The translations under genes were made by a program, and so were the position numbers. The notes under the pieces are model-generated. The model was not told where the DNA came from. It worked only from the letters and a program-made list of their open reading frames with translations, and searched no databases. This document shows positions 56,791 to 64,000 of a stretch of 64,000 nt of DNA, in pieces. Origin of the DNA: Candidatus Yanofskybacteria bacterium RIFCSPLOWO2_02_FULL_41_13 (lineage in GTDB: Bacteria; Patescibacteriota; Minisyncoccia; 2-02-FULL-40-12; GWA2-44-9); NCBI GenBank assembly GCA_001795735.1, contig MGKQ01000020.1, positions 52,050 to 116,049 on the forward strand, read 5' to 3'. Positions within the stretch are counted from its first letter, which is position 1; the number at the start of each line of letters is the position of its first letter.

Positions 56791-58055
56791 TGGATCAAGG
56801 TTTTCAAAAAATAGCAAAGATTCTAAGGATATCTCCGGGAGACCTTTTGAATTTGGATCAAAAAATGTCTTCAATTACAGGCCAGAAAGGGGTTATAGAA
56901 TCAATTTCGGTAGAGAATGACATGCTGGTTAAAAAGAGTCTGGCGGAACTGAGCTTGCCCGAAGATGCAACTGCCGATGAGATTTACGCTTCCTTGATAG
57001 GTAAGCTAACTCACGTGGATAAGCACCTTTTTGAACTTCTTGATAAGCCCGACTTGGCTAATATGTCTAATGTATGCGGAAAAATGTGTGAAGTGGCATT
57101 TCAGACTTTTACTCCGCCCAAGGGTTTGTTCATGAAAAAAGAAAAAGCAATAGAACTTCTTAATAAATACAAGCCGGACAATCTACTGAGTCATTTTAAA
57201 TGTTCTTCGGTGGATGAATTAGTTAAGAAAGAGGGCTTTGCTTCTGTGGTAAGTGCCCTTCGTTTTGCCCAGAGCCAGGAATGGATGCACAAATTCTTTG
57301 ATGAAGCATACAACGATTTAAAACCTGGTGATTTTGAGGAAAGAGATGTCGAGTTGATTGTCCTCGATCATAAATGGCTTGCGGTAGCGGAGAAGTTTCT
57401 TGAGAAAAAGTATCATAACGTCAGCCATCTCAAAGAATTCGGGGTTATCTTCGTCACGCCGATTGTGATTGATTCTCCCGGCGAAACATCGAGAATGTTT
57501 ACCCTTATACTTCACTATCTGCACGAAGTTCCTTTTTATGCCGGTCTATTCAGGCATTTTATGGACGATCCTGATTTTAATATCAAATTTAGATCATTAT
57601 TACGGGGCGATGTGCCGTCGGGTTCTATCATGGACGGCGGCAAAGTTGTCTGGAGGATTGTTCAGCGGTATTTAGCCAAGGACAATGAGAATGATCCTCG
57701 GCTGTTTGAACCCCATGTTAATCCTGAAGCGGAACATTGGTACAGGGCGGAAGGTGATTTTAGCCGTTTGGGCAGAATGATGAAAAGAGATGACGGCGAG
57801 CTTAGCTTGAATTGCTGGACAGGTCTTGATTTTGTGGGAGGCGAGTTCAAGGACAGGAACGGAGAAGACCATATCGTTAGTTTTAATTTTATTGATTTAG
57901 CCATGTCTTTAGTCAAAAAGGGACATATAAAATACTTGTACCATCATCAGGAGGCTTTATGGAACAAGATATTTTCTGAATATATGGGTAGAGAAATAAT
58001 GAACAGGTTAATCGAGGAGAATATAATCGGAGGTTTTATAAAATTAGGTAAATGA
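56790..58055 (+). CDS. Conserved hypothetical protein in the sugar-phosphate operon
   Basis: 421-aa soluble ORF; stop overlaps the fba start. Confidence 0.75.
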   Translation: MDQGFQKIAKILRISPGDLLNLDQKMSSITGQKGVIESISVENDMLVKKSLAELSLPEDATADEIYASLIGKLTHVDKHLFELLDKPDLANMSNVCGKMCEVAFQTFTPPKGLFMKKEKAIELLNKYKPDNLLSHFKCSSVDELVKKEGFASVVSALRFAQSQEWMHKFFDEAYNDLKPGDFEERDVELIVLDHKWLAVAEKFLEKKYHNVSHLKEFGVIFVTPIVIDSPGETSRMFTLILHYLHEVPFYAGLFRHFMDDPDFNIKFRSLLRGDVPSGSIMDGGKVVWRIVQRYLAKDNENDPRLFEPHVNPEAEHWYRAEGDFSRLGRMMKRDDGELSLNCWTGLDFVGGEFKDRNGEDHIVSFNFIDLAMSLVKKGHIKYLYHHQEALWNKIFSEYMGREIMNRLIEENIIGGFIKLGK

Positions 58056-58915
58056 ACGAGTCTGCTTTAAATGATTATCTCAAGGAGGCTAGAAAAAATG
58101 GCTATGCAATTGGCCATTTTAATTTTTCGACCGAAGATGTTCTGCGGGGGATTGTTGAAGCGGCCCATGATGCCGGCGCGCCGGCGGTGATGGTGGGGAC
58201 CTCGGAAGGTGAAGTTGAGTACTTCGGCATGGATGAGGCCGTGGCCCTGGTTCAGGCCGTCAGGAAGCATTATAATTTTCCGGTCTTTTTAAATGCCGAT
58301 CATTTCAAAAGTTTTGATAAGTGCCGTGAGGCGATAGATGTCGGATACGACTCGGTTATTATTGATGAATCGAAAATGCCTTTTGCTGATAATATGGATA
58401 TTACGAAAAAAGTTGTTGAATATGTCAAATCTAACGGAAAGCACACTCTTGTTGAAGGAGAAATAGGTTATCTTCGGGGGTCTTCGGAAGTTCAGAAAAA
58501 AGTAGAAGTAACTCCCGACGATTATACAAAGCCGGAACAGGCCAGAGAGTTTGTTGATAAAACCGGTGTAAATCAATTAGCCGTTGTTTTTGGCAATATT
58601 CATGGGATTGTGACCGATCAGGAGGAAAAGCTCGATATAGGGCATTTTAAGAGGATTGTAGAGGCTGTTCCTGAGGTATATTATGTCCTTCACGGAGCAT
58701 CCGGGCTTAAAGATGCCGATGTTCAGGCGGCGATTAAGGCGGGTGTAACTAATGTTCATTTTAATACCGAACTTCGGGTGGCCTACACCGAAGGACTTCA
58801 TAAAGCTCTCCATGATAAACCCGGCGAAACTACTCCCTACAAATATCTCAAGGTCGGAGTAGATGAAATGAAAAAGGTGGTCTCAGCGAAGATTAAGCTA
58901 TTTATGGGGCGATAG
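58052..58915 (+). CDS. fba: Class II fructose-bisphosphate aldolase
   Basis: NADH, VEGEIG, FGNIHG, VLHGASG, NTELR. Confidence 0.9.
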   Translation: MNESALNDYLKEARKNGYAIGHFNFSTEDVLRGIVEAAHDAGAPAVMVGTSEGEVEYFGMDEAVALVQAVRKHYNFPVFLNADHFKSFDKCREAIDVGYDSVIIDESKMPFADNMDITKKVVEYVKSNGKHTLVEGEIGYLRGSSEVQKKVEVTPDDYTKPEQAREFVDKTGVNQLAVVFGNIHGIVTDQEEKLDIGHFKRIVEAVPEVYYVLHGASGLKDADVQAAIKAGVTNVHFNTELRVAYTEGLHKALHDKPGETTPYKYLKVGVDEMKKVVSAKIKLFMGR

Positions 58916-58940
58916 TTCTAATAAATAGTTTCTCGGAAAC

Positions 58941-58972
58941 AGAAAAATCGGCTCCAGCGGCCGATTTTTCTT
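58941..58972. terminator. Bidirectional-type terminator hairpin
   Basis: AGAAAAATCGGC-tccagcg-GCCGATTTTTCT. Confidence 0.65.
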
Positions 58973-59105
58973 CGTCCTTGACATTTTGAAGAACCAAGCC
59001 AAAATGTCTGTGGATGTTCCTTAAAACTATTTATTAGAGCTATCTCGTTGCTTTGCTTAAATAGCCGTGCTTTAATATAGGGCAGTACTTGATATCGAGG
59101 AGACT

Positions 59106-59315
59106 ATGATGGTTTCTGTATCGACTTTGACTATTCCGTGTCGAGAGGTGTATCGTCTAGATGCTTTGGTTCAAGCCATTCGTTTGAACTTCAAAAATGG
59201 GGGTGAGGAATTAGTAGTTGTATTGAGTCTTTTTGAATCAGAGCCGAGACTACAAACCACTTCTGGAGATACTTGGGTTGGGGAGAAAAAATTACGAAGC
59301 ATATTTCTTAGCTGA
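59106..59315 (+). CDS. Hypothetical protein
   Basis: SD GAGGAG upstream; 69 aa. Confidence 0.4.
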   Translation: MMVSVSTLTIPCREVYRLDALVQAIRLNFKNGGEELVVVLSLFESEPRLQTTSGDTWVGEKKLRSIFLS

Positions 59316-59398
59316 GTCGGCAAACGCCGGCTTTTTGTTTGCAAACTTTTACAGTTGTGGTTTAATGTGGGGTAGTACATTCAATCGGGAGGTAATAG

Positions 59399-59728
59399 AT
59401 GAAACTTAGTAAAGAGGCATTGGTAGCGCTTCAACAGATGATGGGCGAAGAGGGTTCGATATTTAATAGAAATCTTTTTCTCAGACACTGGACAGGCTAT
59501 CCTGGACCGGAGAAGTGTAGTATTTTTCCAGATAAAATTGTGGATATAGCAACTTTTGAGGAGCTAAAAAAGACAGGCTCTATAACGTCCCATATAGCCG
59601 ATGAATACTGGAGGTTGAGCGGTATAGGCCTAAAAGCCTTAAAAGACGCTGGAATGGAGACAAAGCCGGGCAAGCTCACCCGCGATGACATAGAGTGGCT
59701 GACCGGTACTGGTCGCTATGCCCAGTAA
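59399..59728 (+). CDS. Hypothetical protein
   Basis: SD GGAGGT upstream; terminator-like hairpin downstream. Confidence 0.6.
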   Translation: MKLSKEALVALQQMMGEEGSIFNRNLFLRHWTGYPGPEKCSIFPDKIVDIATFEELKKTGSITSHIADEYWRLSGIGLKALKDAGMETKPGKLTRDDIEWLTGTGRYAQ

Positions 59729-59832
59729 ACACAGACCGATTTCTCGGTCTTTTTATTTACAAATAAGCGAACCTGCTGCATAAGGACTTGATTTACGGAA
59801 TTATTTCTGCTAATATAACAGGGCATTTATTT

Positions 59833-60531
59833 ATGGCTCATGCACAACATAAAATTGAATTAGAAGCCCAGACAAGGACGGTTTTGGGGGCAAAAGTCAG
59901 GGCATTAAGGAGCTCCGGTTATATACCGGCAGTTTTGTATGGAAAAGGACAGGAAGCCTTAAATTTGCAGGTACCCATAAAGAATTTTCATAAGGCCTTA
60001 AAGGAAGCGGGAGAGTCAACGTTGGTTTACGTTAATGTTGATGGAAAGTCTTATCCTACCATTATTCACGACGTTGCCAGAGATCCAGTTAAAGATGACG
60101 TCATTCATGCAGATTTTTATAAGGTAAGCTTGACTGAGAAGATCAAAACAAAAGTTCCGGTTGTTTTTGAGGGCGAGTCTCTGGCGGTTAAAGACTTGGC
60201 CGGTATTTTCGTTAGAAATGTGAACGAACTTGAAGTCGAGGCTTTGCCTCAGAATTTACCCCATGAGATATCGATCAGCATCTCCTCTCTTAAGAATTTC
60301 GGCGACCAAATATTAGTTAAAGATATTAAGTTTGGTTCCGATATTAAATTGGTTGCTGATGAGGACACGATTCTAGCCACTATTCAGGAGCCTAAGTCGC
60401 AGGAAGAGCTTGATGCAGAGCTTGCGGCTCCGACAGCCGGCGTTGAAGATGTTGAAATAGTCGAGAAGAAGAAAGAAGAAGTTCCGGCTGAGGAAGGCGA
60501 AGCACCGGCTGCACCAGCTGAAACTAAATAA
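59833..60531 (+). CDS. rplY: 50S ribosomal protein L25/CTC
   Basis: LRSSGYIPAVLYG, HADFY, VEALPQNLP, acidic tail. Confidence 0.93.
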   Translation: MAHAQHKIELEAQTRTVLGAKVRALRSSGYIPAVLYGKGQEALNLQVPIKNFHKALKEAGESTLVYVNVDGKSYPTIIHDVARDPVKDDVIHADFYKVSLTEKIKTKVPVVFEGESLAVKDLAGIFVRNVNELEVEALPQNLPHEISISISSLKNFGDQILVKDIKFGSDIKLVADEDTILATIQEPKSQEELDAELAAPTAGVEDVEIVEKKKEEVPAEEGEAPAAPAETK

Positions 60532-60710
60532 AATAGTAAATAATTAGAACGTAGTGTGTTTGGTCAAGATTGAGGCAAAAGCGAGGACCTAATCGAGCCA
60601 TAGTTAAGCTATGGCGAGGGAGGACTGGAGCTTTTAACGAAAATATTGACCAAATCCTTTAGGGCCCGTACCGCTTAACAAAAGTTAGCGGAGGGCGAAC
60701 AAGTTATAAT

Positions 60711-60938
60711 ATGAAAGAAGATACACACCCACAATATCATTCCAAAGCCGAGTTTAAATGCGCCTGTGGCAAGACTTGGACAATCGGTTCAACTGCGCCA
60801 AAAACCAGCGTCAGCATTTGTGCTAACTGCCATCCATTTTATACCGGCACCGAAAAAATAGTTGATACTCGGGGGAGGGTAGAGAAGTTCAAAAAGAGGA
60901 TGGAAAAAGCACAAGGTAAAGCTAGGGGCAAAAAATAA
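60711..60938 (+). CDS. rpmE: 50S ribosomal protein L31 (Zn-binding type)
   Basis: MKEDTHPQY, CACG, CANCHPFYTG, GRVEKF. Confidence 0.95.
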   Translation: MKEDTHPQYHSKAEFKCACGKTWTIGSTAPKTSVSICANCHPFYTGTEKIVDTRGRVEKFKKRMEKAQGKARGKK

Positions 60939-61079
60939 ATTTTGTTTGCTAACGAAGTGAGCAGTAACAAAAGTTACCCCGCCCTCTAAGCTTGTGATTC
61001 ATGGTATAAACTAAAGAATAACGGGCATAGAGGGCGGGGTGCTCATAATTATAGCTACTCGTTACACTCGAAGATAATT

Positions 61080-61805
61080 ATGGCAGAAGCTATTATTGAG
61101 ATACGAGCTGGGGCGGGTGGCGATGAAGCCGCTCTTTTTGCATCGGACTTATTTAATATGTATAAACGTTATGCTATCGGTAAGGGGTGGGGGGTTGATG
61201 TCATAGACTTTAATCAAAATAATCTGGGTGGTTTTAAATCGCTCGTCTTCGAGCTTAAAGGGTCTGATGTTTTTAATAAAATGAAATATGAATCGGGCGT
61301 GCATCGTGTTCAGCGCATCCCTAAAACCGAAAAATCTGGTCGGGTTCATACCTCTACGGCTACTGTTGCCGTGTTGGTTAAGGCAACTGAAAAAGACTTG
61401 CATATACGGCCGGATGAACTAGAAGTTTCTTTTTCCCGAGCCGGTGGTCCGGGCGGTCAGAACGTTAATAAGGTGGAAACAGCCGTCAGAATATTACACA
61501 AACCAACTGGTATTGTTGTTTCCTGTCGTCAAGAAAGAAGTCAGCACGGTAATAGGGAAAAAGCCCTCGATCTTCTGCGGACAAAACTTCTTGAGATAAA
61601 ACGAGTCGAAGAAACGGGGAATATTACCGAAGAACGCCGAAGGCAGATAGGAACCGGTGACCGGTCTGAGAAGATTCGAACATACAATTTCCCCCAAGAC
61701 CGCATTACCGATCATCGGATTAAGAAAAGTTGGGGCAATATCGATAAGATTATGAACGGCGATTTAGACAAGATAGTCCAAAAACTGGTAATAGAATTAA
61801 AATGA
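61080..61805 (+). CDS. prfA: Peptide chain release factor 1 lacking the N-terminal domain
   Basis: [24 protein letters not shown] (PxT), [17 protein letters not shown]. Confidence 0.9.
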   Translation: MAEAIIEIRAGAGGDEAALFASDLFNMYKRYAIGKGWGVDVIDFNQNNLGGFKSLVFELKGSDVFNKMKYESGVHRVQRIPKTEKSGRVHTSTATVAVLVKATEKDLHIRPDELEVSFSRAGGPGGQNVNKVETAVRILHKPTGIVVSCRQERSQHGNREKALDLLRTKLLEIKRVEETGNITEERRRQIGTGDRSEKIRTYNFPQDRITDHRIKKSWGNIDKIMNGDLDKIVQKLVIELK

Positions 61806-61987
61806 GAGAATCATTTGATATAAAATCACCAATTTTTACTCCTCGGCCGGGCTGGGGCGGAAAACTGAAAAAATGGTTTTCCGACAACTTTGAATCTAAG
61901 ATCTTGCCCGTTATCTCAACAGCTGTGTTTGCTACGGGACTTTACCTTGTATTTTTAGGATAAATTTGGTATTATTTCCTCTTACAT

Positions 61988-62674
61988 ATGTCAGATCTGA
62001 ATACACAACTGAATTATGAGGAGATGCTTAAGTCGGGTATGCATTTTGGGCGCAAAAAGACCGTCTTTAATCCTAAAATGAAGAAATATGTTTTCACCGT
62101 CAAGGAAGGCATTTGTATCATCGATTTAATAAAAACTCAAGCAGAGTTAAGCTCAGCCACAGAGCATCTTAAAAGAATCATTGCCCAGAATGGCATAATT
62201 TTATTTGTCGCTCTCACCAAGCAATCAGTCGATTCGGTTAAAGATCTGGCTGTATCATTGGGTATGCCCTACGTTGTTGACAGGTGGCTGGGTGGTACCC
62301 TTACTAATTTTAAAGTTATATCAAATAGGGTCAAAAAGCTTGAAGAGATGGAAAATGCTAGAAAATCAGGTGGCCTTGAAAAGTACACCAAGAAGGAGCG
62401 CTTAATGTTCGAGAGAGAGATTCTAAAAATGGAAAAAAGCTTCAGCGGGCTTAGAAAGCTCACCAGATTACCGGATGTAGTTTTCATATCATCATTGAAA
62501 GATGGCGCCCTACCCGCTCATGAGGCTAAAATCGTAAAAATACCCATTATTGCCATAGCTAATACTGATTCAGATCCAGCCGAGGTTGCATATATAATCC
62601 CGGCGAATGATCGATCCAAAAAGTCAGTTGATCTGATAATCGAAGCATTAAAGAAAGAGTTAACGGCAAAGTAA
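61988..62674 (+). CDS. rpsB: 30S ribosomal protein S2
   Basis: GMHFG, RWLGGTLTNF, IPAND. Confidence 0.95.
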   Translation: MSDLNTQLNYEEMLKSGMHFGRKKTVFNPKMKKYVFTVKEGICIIDLIKTQAELSSATEHLKRIIAQNGIILFVALTKQSVDSVKDLAVSLGMPYVVDRWLGGTLTNFKVISNRVKKLEEMENARKSGGLEKYTKKERLMFEREILKMEKSFSGLRKLTRLPDVVFISSLKDGALPAHEAKIVKIPIIAIANTDSDPAEVAYIIPANDRSKKSVDLIIEALKKELTAK

Positions 62675-62803
62675 ATCCCAATCTCTAAATCCTAAATCCC
62701 AAACAAATCCAGAAAATTCTAAATTCAAAATCAGAAACGTTTTGAAATTAGAGTTTCGATATTAGATATTGTTTAGAGTTTAGAAATTAGAATTTCGAAT
62801 TTA
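62673..62803. repeat. Inverted pair of degenerate 7-bp arrays
   Basis: AAATCYY-type units followed by complementary TTAGAR-type units. Confidence 0.65.
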
Positions 62804-62809
62804 ATTCAG

Positions 62810-63256
62810 GTGGATATAAACAAGATTAAATCTCTACGTGATAGCACGGGGCTGTCTTTCAATGAAATTAAAGAAGCTCTAACTAAGGCCGGCGGAGATG
62901 AAATAAAAGCTAAAGAAATGTTACATAACCTTGGCGTGAAAATGGCCGCTAAAAAGTCATCTCGAGAAGTCAAAGAGGGCGTAGTCGAATCGTATATACA
63001 TAACACCCGTAAAGTAGGTTCAATGGTTGAAGTTATGTGCGAGACCGATTTTGTAGCCAGAAATGTTGAATTTCAAAAACTGGCCAAAGAATTATCAATG
63101 CATATCGCCGCCATGAAGCCCGGGAACCTTGAAGAATTGTTAGCCCAGTCTTTTATAAAGGATCAGGATATAACCATTCAAGATCTTCTCAACCAGAATA
63201 TAGCCAAACTGGGAGAGAACATACAAATCGGCCGATTTGAAGTCTTCTCACTCTAA
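62810..63256 (+). CDS. tsf: Elongation factor Ts (short form)
   Basis: IKSLRDSTG, CETDFVARN, MHIAAM.P, KLGENI.I.RF. Confidence 0.93.
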   Translation: MDINKIKSLRDSTGLSFNEIKEALTKAGGDEIKAKEMLHNLGVKMAAKKSSREVKEGVVESYIHNTRKVGSMVEVMCETDFVARNVEFQKLAKELSMHIAAMKPGNLEELLAQSFIKDQDITIQDLLNQNIAKLGENIQIGRFEVFSL

Positions 63257-63274
63257 ATTTATATCATTACTACT

Positions 63275-63943
63275 TTGTTTATTCTCATACCCTCACTGTT
63301 AATTTTATGCTCTGTTCTGGGTATCGCTATAATTATTTGGCGTAAAAAGTCGTATATAAAAAAACTCTACTCACTAGATATCGCGGGAGGCAGTTTTGAA
63401 ATGTCCGTTGTCAATGGTTCGAGTATTTCTGCTCCCGCTGGTTTTAGCTGGAAAGCTTATGGGGCCGACTTCTTTCCTGAGATAAAAGTTCTGATTGATA
63501 AACTGGGGTTGCATAAGTATAAGACAATATGGCTTAGGGAGGCGGAAAAAATATTAAGAAAGACAAGATTGGTATCGCTTCGGGTTGATAACTTCTCGGA
63601 CTCCTTAATTAAAAAAATAAGACGGGTTCATATCAACGGACAGTTAAACGGTAAAACATCGTCGGAGGAGTTAGTTGAAGATAAAAATCAAATGATCGAA
63701 AGCGAAGCTAAGCCCATTAGTCCCAACTTTCTTAAAAATGAAGAGCAGAGATTGGTAATGGAGATAGCCAAAAATCCTAAAAATCCCGATCTCTATGAAT
63801 CCCTCGGTGATTTATATATAGAAATGGACAATTTTGTCGATGCCAAGGAATCATATGAGGCCGCTATTGAGCTAAGCCCTCAAAAAGAATCACTCAAAAT
63901 AAAACTCTCTGGAGCGTTGGAGAGACTTGTTCAAACCCCGTAG
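63275..63943 (+). CDS. Membrane-anchored TPR-containing protein
   Basis: N-terminal TM; C-terminal TPR LYESLGDLY...AKESYEAAIELSP. Confidence 0.78.
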   Translation: MFILIPSLLILCSVLGIAIIIWRKKSYIKKLYSLDIAGGSFEMSVVNGSSISAPAGFSWKAYGADFFPEIKVLIDKLGLHKYKTIWLREAEKILRKTRLVSLRVDNFSDSLIKKIRRVHINGQLNGKTSSEELVEDKNQMIESEAKPISPNFLKNEEQRLVMEIAKNPKNPDLYESLGDLYIEMDNFVDAKESYEAAIELSPQKESLKIKLSGALERLVQTP

Positions 63944-63995
63944 TAGAAGTTCGAGCTGGCTTCGCTATTTTAAATCTCGAACTTCCACTACGGGG
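63936..63995. mobile_element. 60-bp MITE-like hairpin related to family B
   Basis: CCCCGTAGTAGAAGTTCGAG/CTCGAACTTCCACTACGGGG; CAAA duplicated on both sides. Confidence 0.75.
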
Positions 63996-64000
63996 CAAAA

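Noticed and set aside
61806-61987. rpsB leader RNA (t44-like)
   Set aside because: Hairpins are present but I cannot recognise the conserved motif, and a -10 box lies just before the ATG
1-64000. tRNA, rRNA, prophage, integrase or autonomous transposase
   Set aside because: None recognisable by eye; the enzymes mobilising the mini-elements must lie elsewhere or be lost

Overview
Gene-dense, AT-rich bacterial chromosomal segment. Gene content and style (sortase, type IV pili, short EF-Ts and RF1, carbohydrate and redox housekeeping, promoters abutting start codons) suggest a Patescibacteria/CPR (Parcubacteria-like) genome; this is inference, with no rRNA present. The centrepiece is a complete diversity-generating retroelement (DGR) at 13.4-17.1 kb: a 638-aa target with a C-terminal VR (15179-15314), a TR (15606-15741; 17 mismatches, all at TR adenines), an Avd-like gene on the opposite strand, and a DGR-type RT. 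Avd and RT overlap head-to-head across a G10 tract whose length appears to put only one of the two ATG-initiated frames in register, a candidate phase-variation switch. The TR appears to lie in its own promoter- and terminator-bounded structured RNA. Several families of short palindromic elements also occur: one inserts at start codons and regenerates the ATG, one inserts in-frame into an anti-sigma factor, and one shows covarying stems. Degenerate 7-bp-period arrays lie at gene junctions and inside proteins. The rest is ordinary: MacAB-like exporter, S46 peptidase, P-type ATPase, MurJ, ECF sigma/anti-sigma, glycogen/sugar genes, pilus and sortase cluster, redox genes, tgt, nfo, rplY-rpmE-prfA-rpsB-tsf. 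All product calls are by eye from motifs; no searches were run.
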